Shown here one piece after another: positions 1 through 20,758 of a DNA stretch of 51,961 bases. This DNA is from Catajapyx aquilonaris. Its lineage: Eukaryota. The translations under genes were made by a program, and so were the position numbers. Below the pieces are notes generated by a model that worked only from the letters and a program-made list of their open reading frames with translations, did no database searches and was not told the DNA's origin. Each line of letters starts with the position of its first letter. Within the stretch, counting starts at the first letter, position 1. Location: NCBI GenBank assembly GCA_000934665.2, contig KZ538154.1, forward strand, positions 62,001 through 113,961, written 5' to 3'.

Positions 1-8174
<8,174 letters not shown>

Positions 8175-8294
8175 GAGGATACAAGCATTTGTGAAAATTA
8201 AGAGTTATTATTATATTTGACTATTCAGTGTGGCTCGTTAGTAGAGCAGTTTTAGTTTCTTGTGGTTGTAATAAGTTCACTTAAGGACCAACGT

Positions 8295-8300
8295 AATAAA
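8295..8300 (+). terminator. Candidate polyadenylation signal of PRPF8
   Basis: AATAAA ~120 nt after the stop, followed by a T-rich tract. Confidence 0.6.
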
Positions 8301-8464
8301 ATGATGAAACCCAAAATTCATGTTTTCATTTTTATTTTGTGATGTGCAGTACTTCCCTTTTTGTATATTTGCATAAACTTGGTGTGAGAAGGATCAACTG
8401 GTTAGAATTCTTTTTTGCGAAAATGTTTTTCATATGCAGAATTTGGAAGGTGTTCTTAATATGG

Positions 8465-8515
8465 CAGTGGTTCCCAACCTTTTTTGAGTCGCAACCCCCA
8501 GGTTGGGGACCACTG
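8465..8515. mobile_element. Tiny hAT-like (Charlie/MER5-type ends) non-autonomous remnant
   Basis: TIRs CAGTGGTTCCCAACCT / AGGTTGGGGACCACTG; flanking 8-mers TAATATGG and TTATACGG (6/8 match) look like a decayed 8-bp TSD. Confidence 0.65.
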
Positions 8516-9803
8516 TTATACGGTATCTATGGAACTGGCGATAAGTGGAGTTTTACTTTAATTTAAGCACCCCCATTATGTTACTGAAATGGCCACCGTC
8601 ACCTGGGGCAAAAAAAAAAAAAAAGGCAGGTAAGCAATTCCAAATCCCGCGTGTATTGCTGAAAGTGATGTGCTCATTTTCCTCCTGATAAAAATAACCA
8701 TGACATTATTCATGATATGGTACTTTGGAAGAAAAGCTCTACGACTTGGTGTGGGTGTTTGTATTTTGGAGAAATACGTACTTTATATGCCCACTTCAAC
8801 ACCAATGGATTAGTTGAAATTTTTTAACGCATAATATGAAAAAATATGGGCAAAGCAACTCTTCGTCAACATATAGCGGTCATGTGTGGATGGTTCCTAA
8901 CCAGTTACATGTGGTTACTCCTTGGCAGCAGGTGGTTACAGGCAGTTTACTTCTAGTTATTTGATATTGCTACTCCATTGGATGAAAGCTAAATGGGACT
9001 TGTTTGTTTGCTGTCTGACCAGGCATCAAGGTCGACGACTAGCAGTGAGGGATTAATTACAGTGTGATTACTAATCAGGCAATGAGCTCTAATTATCCTA
9101 TATGCCAATTTCACATCTAATTTTAGAAAATGTTTCACTGATAATTTTTTTCACTTAGCAACTGAGGAGAAACTAAGTTATATTTCCCGAGTGTTGCTAG
9201 TACAGTTAACAAAATATATGAACACAAATGAAAAAATTATTTGCCACCGCCAATGATAATTTTTTGCAAGTAAAAACTACCCAATAAAAATTGTATTTGA
9301 TAGAGACCGCATTTGATCACTTCCTCTTTTCTTGTGTGGCTCGAGTTCAGGATTTGACAAGACAGGTTTTTTTTTAGTGCTGTTCACATTTCGGTTCGTA
9401 CCTGTCGTGTTGTGTTCAGTGTCGGGAGTTACGTGTGTCACCTGCAGGACTTGTGCATTGTTGCTGAAAGGATGGCTGGGACACCCAACAATAGGTATTG
9501 TGGACTATGATTTTATTTTCGGCTATCTCATTCATCTACACATAGGAACTTCACATCAAAATACGCCTACAAACCCGTACAGGTGCTGACTAAAAATTTG
9601 ATTATTCTCAATAGAGTTACACAATTCATTAAATATTAGAATAATAGGTGGGTTAATGCAGTTAACAAAATCTCGGATAACTTTACAGATATGAGGATGG
9701 TACTGTACTTGGCCACGAGGAATACTGAGTTACTGCTCACTGTGGAGTCACTTTCACTCTTATGGCAATTTGCTCCCATAATCTAACATAATATCCCAGA
9801 CAC

Positions 9804-12800
9804 TCATCCGTAGCCAAAACGAGCATCCAATTCTCGATTTTCTGTCCATCTAGTATCATCTATAAATTCTATCCGCTCCTTGATCCATGATACATAGTTA
9901 GCTATACGCACAAACACAGCATGTCTTCGGTTATTACATGAAGGCAATTGCATCGTATTGTCAAACTCAGGGTCTTGTCGCATGCTAAGTATGCCTTGCA
10001 AATGCCACTTGTAGTCATATGCAGGACCAAGTTGCATCACCAGAGCAGTACCCATATCGCCATTACACGAACTTTCTCCTGAAATAAGTTAGAGATATTA
10101 GCTATTATTTGGAAGCTATTATAAATAACTTACTTTTGGGAAATAATGTGCAAAATGTGGTGGGGTCAGCCAGCTCTGGATAACTCTTCATACATTCATC
10201 GTGTGTAACTACAGGCACCTCCATCATAACAGGTTCATGTGTGAAGCTCCCATTTCCACTCAAAGCCCATCCGTATGTCTGTAAAGTTACAGGATAATTA
10301 CCGGTACAGCTAATATTGTTGAATATTATATTCTTACCATGCCCAATCTGCCTTCTCTCAGGAGAACATGGATTGAAATATTATCCAATGGCTTAGATGG
10401 GACGCAAGCTGGTCGTACAAATGGGTCCAACTTTGCTTCCTTTGCAAGACGTAGTATGGCAATATCAGCAGTGTGATTGTCAGATGAATAGTTAGGGTGG
10501 ACATATATTTTGTCAATCTGCAGATGAAAGTGTTAGACAGTTTGTGGACAGTTTTGATATAGTACATACCTCGGAAATCTGGACACTGAGATCTTCAAAC
10601 TCAGGCTCTCTGTAATGCTTCCCTAGAAGTACTTGAAAAGATTTGACAGGTATTGTCTCAGTACCGTTGAACTTCGTCACACATTGAGCAGCTGTAAGTG
10701 TAAGCCTCATTAGATATATGCTTCATGCGTATGTATAGTGTACGTACATGTGAGTACAGCATGAGCACTGATAAGTGTGGCCGAACATGCATATTCCCAG
10801 GTCTCGTTGACCAAATGATATACGCCAACATGCCACGGCCACTGTCCTCTACTTGGGACCATCCCTTCTGTTGGTATCCTCGCTGGTGGTCGACGTGTTT
10901 TTCCACAATCTACAAATCAAGTTTTGTAGTTACGTTCGACCGTGTTCGACCTTCGTATATTCTTACCTGGTATGCATGCAAACGAGTCGTTTCCACTCCA
11001 TGATCCGTCTTCATTGCATTGTCTGAGTAGACTAGGCAATAGGTGGTTACGAGGCACAAAATGAGGTCCGCATCTGTAACTGACCCCAGTTCCTACTATT
11101 TGTGGACTGTCGCATTCGCTGACCTCTAAAGTTTTGGCAGACAAACACTTCAACTTGACCCCTGTAGATGGAGTCAGTGCGTGACAGTTGACGGTCACCT
11201 GGACTCTTATAAGGGCCATAGGACGAAGTGATACCTGTTCTTCTTCAGTGCCTTCAGCTGAAAATATTTGTTTGTTACTGTTACTGTTACTGATTTCATG
11301 ATGAAGATTAACACACCTCTGTCGACTATCTTGATTATCCAATCAGCGTATTTTCCCACCCTGGTAAAGAAGCTGAACTGTGTACTATCACAGGTGATGC
11401 CATCTGAAGTTGGGATACCGACACTGACAATGCCTTGGATGAACCATCGTTTGTCAGTGTCTGAACCAAAAGCGAAGACTAGTCCTCCACCACTATCGCC
11501 GTTACAGACGTTGGTGGCTGTGAATCAGAAACCATCATTTCCGTGTTCTCTCGAGGTTATTTTTAACACTTACAATTTTCACCTACTGCACAGAGGGTAG
11601 TGTAACGCACTTGGGATCTGAAGGCCACTTGTAATTTTTCCATGCAGGTTTGAGGTGATACCACGGTCAACTCTGCCATTCTTAGCTCTCGTGATAGTTC
11701 TTCAGAACCATCTCGACCCCAACCTACCACCTAGGAGAATTTAGAATTGTCTTATTTTTTCTGCAGAACAATCTACAGGTCATTACGTCAGTTCAGTGCA
11801 ATTCCCATATGCACAGCTATGTCGTGACTTTCCTCAAGTAGACAGTGCACCACAGATTTGTTTATAGTTTTCGTTTGGATGACGATGATAATTAGGAGTG
11901 TATTCTGAGTCATCATTTACAGTGAGTATCCTGGGAAAGTCGTGAAATTTCACACGCTTAATTTTTTTTATACTACAGAGGCTGCATCCTCTAAGAAATT
12001 TCATACCATGAGTCATGAGTTCTATCAGGTGCACATAATGATTTAAAGAGATGCAATTCCCATATATGCGGACTCACCTTTCCTCTATTGCCAGGTCTGA
12101 GCATGATCTCTTCCTGTAGAGTGTTCAGGTCACGAATGTAACACACGGGTCTGACAGCATGGTTCAATTCTACTGGAGAATCCAGGATAATTACTGCCAG
12201 ATCTGAGTCATAATTGGCTGGATTGTAATTCGGATGTACATGTATACTGCGTATCTGCAACAATGTATTTATGATCAGATTGTTCTTTAAAAATATGTGG
12301 GTTCACGTACATGTTTAGTCTGAACCAAGGCCTCTTCTTCGTAGTAGTCACGAAAATATTTCCCAACTACAGCTCTGACGTTACCAACCGCCTGAGGTTC
12401 TGATGAGTCTATGTCCTTAGTTATGCAATGGGCGGCTATGAAAAAAAAAACCATTTTTAGTTAGATCCTGAAAAAAGCAATGTTATCGAAACTGCTTACC
12501 GGTGATGATGGCGTTTTCGCTAATGAGAGATCCTCCACAATTGTACACGAACTTGCCTCCGGTCTTCAAGTATAAGCCGGCATGCCAGGGCCACTGACCC
12601 AGGTTGGTGGGTTTGCCGTTGGTCACGAACGGGGTCAAAGGAAGGTCAGACTTGCCACATTCTGAGACGTAGGGATTAATTAGTGAATCGATAATTAAAT
12701 ATTTGCAGGGTGTTTAAATCGGCCCAAACTTCCACTGCAACGGTCATAACCGTCATAACGGTCCTAACGGTCATAACGGCCATACCCAAACGGCCAAACT

Positions 12801-15800
12801 TCTAAGCAATCGGATGATGTAAATTTTCAACCACTTTTAAAATTCCGGATACACGTGGCGGTAAATTATTACCGTGCCATTCTTTGTCATACTACTTTAC
12901 GTAACACCCTGGATAATTAGCGGCCGCCTACGTCAACTCCCCATATTTTCACTCAAATTGATGCGGTACTACCAACGTTTATTACCATCCGCAATTGCCT
13001 ATTGACCTTCAAAGACCAGCATTAAAATTAGCCCAACCCTAATGACCCTCTGACCTGGAGTACACCTGTAGTCGCCCGTCACTGTCCACTTCCCATCCTT
13101 TCGGCAATGACGCACGTTGGAAGCAGCCACCGAAGAAGGGACGTAATACCGTGCACACTTCATCCGGCCCTCGGTACCGTACGGAAACCCAACAGACTCA
13201 TCACCAGCCGGGAACGCAAAGTCTTTACCTAAAGGCATCTTGTACTCTACCAGAACACCTTTTCTTGGTACCAACTGAGGGCAGTAACCAGTAGCCACCC
13301 TGCTGGATTCGGGTGTAGGTTTTTGATCTGTAACATTGATCACAAAACGTCACATATTGGGTGTCATATCACAGCCATGCGTAGCACCAGTCGTGACATG
13401 AATGGGAAATGAGTGTCAATTATTCCATGAAGGTCACTGCTAATTACATGCTGACGGTGACTGTAAATGCCCAGCCTCACCTATTCCTTCTTTTCAACCA
13501 AGTTATCAACAAGACAAGTAGCCTAACTACTTTTTGTTGGTCACGTCTTTTAGAATATCAACTATGGTCATGGTGTATGAACTCTTTGTGCTATTGCTAT
13601 CGAAGCGTACTAATGATGATATTATTAACTGCTTCGTGATATGAATATTCAAATATGTTTATCCTCCTGAGACCCCTGGTACGGAAACGGTTTGGGTTAG
13701 TCAGAAGGTGCTGGAAAAAACAAAGGTACAGTATACTGTACCAGGGGTCTCAGGAGGTTATGTTATGTTAGGACCTTAGCTGTTCAGGAATAGAATACCT
13801 GGAAGACAAGATGGCTCTTTATGGCTCCATTGTCCATCGTCCAAACACACCAACACTGATGTCCCAACCAGACGATGGCCATGAGTACAGGTGAACTTGA
13901 CCAAAGCATTAGGTGGGAGCAAGGAATCAGGTTCATGTCGACAAGCAGGCATGGTATAGTTGATTTCCTTGCACCCAAGAACTATCATCTGACCAAAATC
14001 AGGTGCTTGAGGGAGAGTACATTGTTTTCCAGGCAACAATGCTGGTGTTGGAGGTTGAGGAAGAGGGAATCGAACCTCCTTCTGTTTGCTGGGTTTGGTG
14101 GTTGTTGTAATGTTCTTTCGTTTTCGGGAACACAATCCTGTTGTTTCATCACTTCTATCGGCACAATGGACACGTCCGTCGCACACCAAGTCGGACGGTA
14201 TACATGCACCGTAGTCGCACTGGAAGTGTCCGGTAGGACATGTCCGATTTGAGCACAATTCGGCAGTTTCGTCCGAACCATCCACGCACTCTTCACTACC
14301 CGTGCATACTTGCCATTTGGAGATACACGCACCATACTTGCATTGGAAGGTGTCGTCTGAACACCTACAGGATACGTAGTTGGTAAATTGGAACTGGTTT
14401 TAAGGCAGGATATTTTTACCTGTTGTTGGCACAAAGCTCCGCTGTTTCATCTGAAGTGTCGTAACAGTCGATGTATGAGTCACATACTGTGCTTCGGGAT
14501 ATGCAGCCTCCGAATCGACATTGGAATTCTGTGGGTCTTTTTCCCCAAAAAATGGTAAAAATTAGTTCGTTCTAAAAATGGGAGCAATGACATTACCGGT
14601 TTTATACAGTAACTTCCTTGGAAAACCTGACCATGGTTTTTGCTCACTTCACAGCTAATGCGTACTTTTTTTTGTACATTATATTGACCTTGCAAACGTT
14701 ACATTGTTTAGTAGGGAGATGCCTATTTCAGTTGTGCAGGTTAGTTGATTTGAGTCAGGTTTTTTTCTTTAAGATTTGAGAGGGGTGTAATTTAAGACTC
14801 TGAGACAGAACAAGTTCCATTGTCTTAAGGGGGTTGCTGGCCATATTAAAAATAACCTGTTATTTTGGGGAAATACGCTTGTTCTGGACAGTATGTTCCA
14901 GATTAATCCCGTTCAGAGGAGATGGTTGACGGAGAAAGAACTGGAGTGGTAGATCTGGTTCCCATATAAAATACTAATACAATGCACGCGATGGTTCAAG
15001 GAAAAACGGGAGGCAAACTTGTGATGGGAAATGCCAGCCATTAAAGTTTGTTCTCAAAAAAAACCCAATGATCTGATCGTGATATGCCACGCCTTTTATA
15101 GGCTATATATTAGATACAAGTATCAATTTTAAGTGTCTCTAAATGTTCATTAAGGACAACAAATATCGGAATAGCTATTATATTGAAATTGTGTTAACAT
15201 CATCAGTATCAATTGTTGAAACATCCCAAATTCTTGGAATGCGTATTAATTGTTATTATTACGCATCACGTAATGTTGGCTGTTCATTTCAAGGAAATAA
15301 CATAAATTTCTTGCATAATTATTTTGGCTCCTGATGCCATTAGTTGGAGTGTTTTTTTAAAAAAATTTTCTATCATTAAGAGTACGATGAGTACTGTTAT
15401 CAACACGTGGGTAGACTAGAATAAGTGGTCATGTATGACCTTCACTACCTAGCTGTGGTCGGACATACACGAAAAAATGTGGCTCAAAATTACCCGAAAT
15501 CACTACTAATATTGGTACAAACTATGACGCAAACACAGTCGGGGATTTTATTTTGGGACCACTTATTTTGTCTACAAAATTTTTGAACACGCTACACTTG
15601 CCTATTAATTAAACAGGTCATTGCCTGTTTTTCCCCCTTCCATTTAGAGCATTTACGTCATTGAATATTTCCCCTTCATAAATTGAAAGCATTGTAGACG
15701 CGGAAGGAAAGGGCTGTTCATGAAAACCTAGTTAATGACATGAGAAAATGGGGAAGGAGATGATCAGGGTCGGACGTGTGTGGTCACCAGGGTTTTCCCA

Positions 15801-18130
15801 ATGACAAGTTCAGGCAATGCCCTCTAGTCATAATAAGGCAGTAAAATTGGAACCAGTTAGACCACACATATTTTTTTCCTATATTGCATGTAGGTGTTGT
15901 TCATAGAGTAACACTAAAATATTTTAGTCCACATAACTACAGGGTGTTAATCCTAAGCGTGTCACCAGAAAAGGCGGTGGTAGAGGGCGCAGGTGTGAGC
16001 ATTTTTCCATAAGGAACTAGGGGTCGGAAATGCTACCTCACCGAGTTACGCCCCTTTCAAGTTTACGGTGGCGGAGTGACTCGGTGAGTATGCGTTTCCG
16101 ACCCCTAGTTCCTTATGCAAAAATGCTCACACATGCGCCCTCTACCACAACCTTTTCTGGTGACACGCTTAGGATTAACACCATGTATATTTCTGACTGG
16201 GTATAGTACCTGCATGATTGCTTCTCTGAAAGAATTTGGCAGAAGGCAGGGTCTTCATCCATTCCTCCGGTACAGTCCCAGTGGCCATCGCAGACTTTGT
16301 TAGCTGGGATGCATTTGGCGAGAAACACGCAGCGAAACTCATCGCGTGCGCACATAGGAAAACCGAATATTGTCGCTGAAAAAAATGTATAAATATATAT
16401 ATAAATTTCTCAAGGAAAAACATTCGGAGTCATTAGTCCTACATGTTTGTCTAACGAGCACTGAAGCGTGGAATTCGGCGAAATCGTTCGTATTTACAAA
16501 GGTGATGATGTCATTTTAGACACTTGCATTGTCAACAAAGAAACTATTTTAGTGTATGATGGTGCAATGTGTCGATTTCTGATTAGCAACTGTTCACGAG
16601 TTGAAACTGCGTCGTAGTCTAAATGTGACATGTCTTCGCAGTAATGTACAAAGAATTCCTATACTAATCATAATTTTGAAAAATTAGATTCAGAAATGTA
16701 ATGCATAAAATGATACGTGCTTTTTATTTCCATAGGCTCTGATTTGATAGAAGGTCACATATTGTTTATTGAAATATATTGAAGACTTTGCGTGGAAACA
16801 GGTTGCTTTGATGTTTTTATGACTAAACCCGGAAAAAGTGATTAAAGGTGAATTACATAGATCAACCACTTGTTATGGCCTAAAGGTTGATCACGCAACT
16901 GGTTTTTAGGGCCTATGCATGATGGATGATTTAATCATGTTGTTGAGCACTCTATATGTCCATATAGCATCACGTACGTGCTATGCACCATATTATTAAT
17001 CACTTGCTATGCATTTACTACCGATCACAGTACCGGTTCTAGTATAAGGGAAGAATTGTAAAGATTCAGAATGCCTTACTAGAAACATGGGTCATCCGCA
17101 TAGTAAAAAAAATTGCGTGCGTCATAAATTTGCAAAATTTTCCCACGCATCGTGTTGGGTAGGATAACTCCAGAAAATTCCGGTAGATGGTTAAATCCAG
17201 GAAGAGATAGACATCATGATCGGTCTGGAATGATCCACAGAGCTGTTCACCTTGTATAGTTTCTTTCTCTACTCCAATTTATTATTGGAAGAGCAAAAAA
17301 ATCAGCCTACGTCCAAACACATTTTAAAATTCGTTGACGTCAATGTCCAGGTCATTACAAAAGGTATTTGCAAATTTTTTTTCTAGCTTCTGGATTAGCT
17401 GAGGTAGCAAGGTTAAGACGTTTTCTGTTCAGCAATATTTGTAGATGGACAAGGATGTATATAAAATAACGTTTATGCGGCATGAAGGAAAGTGAGTAAG
17501 GTCAGGGAAGAAAAGTGCGAGTCATTAGGGGGCCATATTAGGTAAGCATTTAATTACTCTAAAAGTAATGAGCAAAAACTGAATGATTTGTTGTGAGTTG
17601 GGCAATGGACAATAGTTGTAATATTATGTATCTAAACCTTCAAATGATACAATTCAAGCCTGCTGAATGCATTATATTAGCGGAACTAAAATATAATGAC
17701 TGTTGCTATGCTTTTCCAATAGGTGAATAAAAGGTAATGAGTCATGCAAATTTTCTATACATGTCTTCTTTATAATACTGCAACTTTCAAGGCTATGAAC
17801 AGTATGAAAACAGCGTAGATTCGCTTCGTAAGGTTCTGCAGAAAAATATTTGCAAAAAAAAAAAAACATCCGATAAAACAAAGAGTGTGTTGCAAGACAA
17901 ATAAACTCAAACGGATGAGATCCCAAAAAATTATGAGTTGCATCATGACAGGATGAGAAAGATCAATTAAACTCTTTAAAAATCCTTATTATATAATATC
18001 CATCCGAAGTTACGAAACAACGTGTAGGCTATTAAGATTGACGTCTTCATTAGTATGCCAACTTATGAAACACACGTCACTCACCTGTAAAATGGGCCAA
18101 AATAGCTGTGGTAAGTAATGTCTGGCCCAT
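9804..18130 (-). CDS. Modular serine protease gene A: signal peptide, 4 LDLa, 2 CCP/sushi-like, active S1A protease, CCP-like, inactive serine-protease-homolog domain
   Basis: Exon 18085-18130 ([15 protein letters not shown]) joins in frame to 16210-16375 (LDLa CARDEFRC...[13 protein letters not shown]), 14420-14536 (LDLa), 13799-14364 (2 LDLa + CCP) and 13055-13327 (CCP-like). Protease 1 exons (12661-11317) contain ECG...[32 protein letters not shown]-like exon (~10967-11257) follows, then a second protease-fold domain (~10908-9804) with TSAQC and CNGDMG. Stop TGA at 9804-9806. Confidence 0.85.
12706..12911. mobile_element. Possible MITE remnant with internal 9-bp tandem repeats, intron of gene A
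   Basis: Ends CAGGGTGTT / AACACCCTG; internal (CATAACGGT)-like repeats at ~12740-12784; no clear TSD. Confidence 0.4.
13663..13757. mobile_element. Short MITE with 20-bp TIRs (possibly piggyBac-like), intron of gene A
   Basis: CCTCCTGAGACCCCTGGTAC and its exact reverse complement GTACCAGGGGTCTCAGGAGG; TTAT on both flanks (left TTAT, right TTAT). Confidence 0.6.
15940..16185. mobile_element. Tc1/mariner-type fold-back MITE, intron of gene A
   Basis: TA|CAGGGTGTTAATCCTAAGCGTGTCACCAGAAAAGG ... CCTTTTCTGGTGACACGCTTAGGATTAACACCATG|TA; ~105-bp imperfect inverted arms; TA TSD. Confidence 0.85.
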
Positions 18131-20461
18131 GTCTATGAAGCAGACTTTCTTCGCTCGACTTCATTGGTAACACCTTCCAAGACACAAACACATTCCTCTA
18201 GGTCCACCATCACACTGAAGCACTAATGGACATCCTCGATACAAAAAAAATGGCTGCCACAAGCAGACCGGATTTTTCTTGACTTTTCAACCCATTTTTT
18301 TGTACCTTGTTATCTGTCACATTACTTCCCACATACGTAGGACAATAGTAATTGAACTTGCGTAAGTTTAAGATGAAAACGATATATAAAAAATGGGATT
18401 TAGCAGAAACGGAATGTGCTCCTTGCTTGGTTGGTAGCCTCAGCAGCACTGAGATTGGATAATGCGCAAAGTACGCAAGTTGCCTGTTTGTACTGTGAGT
18501 TTACCTTGAGATTGCATGCGGAAGGGCGTATCCTTTTTCATAGGCAGTGGGATATCAGGTGTGTTTGATGGGTAGCCTATATTCTCAGGGGCTGGTGTTG
18601 CGAATTACTTGTTCAATTTTTAATTATATTTTATAGAACGCAGTAGTTTGAGACAGTGAAGAAAATGTAAGGTCACCTTGGGCCAATATATCGACAGTTT
18701 TTTCTATGATAAGTCTAACTAAATGGTAACTCGTTGATGTGATATAGTTGCACAGTTTTTTTGTGACTTCAATGGAGGACAAAAGAATTTACCTTGAGGT
18801 ATAACGGGGAAAGGAAGGGAGGTCCATATGAAATTAATCATATACGGACATAAGAAGTTGCATCGACAGGTATTCCCACATAGTTTGGTAGAAATAACTC
18901 GTGGTTAATATGCACGTTTTTACAACTATTTCACATATGTATTGCCTGCTTGCGCATGATATCACATAAAACTACGAGCTATTATGAGAGATACTGTACA
19001 ATTAGATTATATGTCAAAAGAAAATGCAGTAAAACCTGATTTTATTATGGGTATTACTTAATTATGGACTTGAATCAATTGATATAATTAAATGTGTGCA
19101 TCAAGTTTTCCTGATTTTATTATTGCTAATTAGTAACTTTCTAGCGACAGTCCTAGTGGAGTCCTTAAAAGGCGTGTTATGATTTCATAGGGAAATGTCA
19201 CTCTAATCTTCAGCCATTTGCACCTTTGCATGATAGATCAAGGCCAAACAAAACACCTAGTAGGAGTGACTATACAAATATGATGTTAAGCATGTGCCAT
19301 TTCCTTTATATAACTTTTTCTACCTTTGATCCTCATAATAATTGCAGAGAAGAAAAATTATTAGAGTAGTTAAGGATCGCTTATTCGTAATTATTTTCAC
19401 TATTATTTACGATAATACTAGTAGTTGAAAGTAGGAACTGGCTTGTTATCTTGACATCACTCCGAATCCAAATAATAATCCAAAAAATATAATATATGAC
19501 GATACAGTCGATTACAGATCACATAAGCGAGCACATAAGTGCGCAAGTACCTGGCAGAAAAATAATTCCTGGTAAATATTTGCATAATCGTGAAAAAGTA
19601 ACATCTTCCTGCATTAAATCCGACTTTGAACTAGACAACATATAGTTTGACACTAGTGAATTCTGGGAACCAAGATCTATGCAAGGGTAACGGAGATGCT
19701 TGACCACTTCGTGACGCAGTTTCTTCCCTGCTTTATTTTTACTTTGAGGATTCATACTGACGCAGAGGTCATTTTTTGAACATGTGATTAATACTAATGC
19801 GTAAATGTGATTGCCTCTTGTGGAAAGAATCTGGACCTTCTGTATGTCGTATTAACAGAGAAAAAAAATGGTAACCTTGCTCCCTTAATCGTTGCAAAAC
19901 ACTTATTTCTTCATCAATAGCTGCTTATATTGCAACGGATTTTTTTATAAATAGTATTTCTCAGCAAGATTTATGTTGCGAATAAATGTAAGAATTTTTG
20001 TATTATTGCGTTGAAACGTCAGATAAATTCATTCCTCCTCCCTTTGTTGTAAAAATCATATTTGCGGATAAGAGAAATATTTCTTTTCAAATCTTATCAT
20101 ACATGGCAAGAAATCGTCTTTATAAAAACGTTTTTGCGACTATAAATAAAATCACTATTCAATGCCACTATGCCTTTGTATGCCTCACAACCTTGATACT
20201 TCGCACTTAAATAAGATCTGCAAGCTAATTTGCAATACACAGTCGTGCCTTATGTTCTGTCCCATACTTTGTCAAAATGCAAAACATTATGTACAATTTT
20301 TAAAATGTGCACACAGGGTATGGTGGGTTGGTTTCACTATCATCTCCATGATGTCATCTTGGTAATTCATCACTGCAGTTTTCACGCCGTTTCGTTGAAG
20401 ATCAAGTACAGCAATTATTGTGAACCCGTAGCCAAGATTTGACAAGGCCTGATGATTTAGT

Positions 20462-20558
20462 GCCGTGATCAGAAGGTGGCAGCACTCACCAGGGGCCCTT
20501 CCATCTTTCCGCCGCGATCAGCAGGTGGCAGCATTCACCAGGGACCGTTCTCCTTCCG
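20462..20558 (+). repeat. Two-copy ~49-bp GC-rich tandem repeat, each copy with a CTCF-like motif
   Basis: GCCGTGATCAGAAGGTGGCAGCACTCACCAGGGG and GCCGCGATCAGCAGGTGGCAGCATTCACCAGGGA in otherwise AT-rich intergenic DNA. Confidence 0.7.
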
Positions 20559-20644
20559 GAGCGTTCCAGAGGCGAAAGAATATGGCTATTATTATAGAGG
20601 GAATGCACTGACTCAATAGAACATTATAAATATGGCAAATATAT

Positions 20645-20650
20645 TTTATT
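20645..20650 (-). terminator. Candidate polyadenylation signal of gene B
   Basis: AATAAA on the minus strand ~110 nt after the stop. Confidence 0.55.
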
Positions 20651-20758
20651 GCTCTTATATAATATTACAACATTTTTGTTTTTTTAAGCTTGCATAGTTT
20701 GGCACTCTCACAATATCATAGTCATAGAACATATTTGAACTTTTAGAAATAATTTTTT

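Noticed and set aside
18528..18537. GTATCCTTTT U12-like donor on the + strand
   Set aside because: Intergenic, with no + strand gene to use it.
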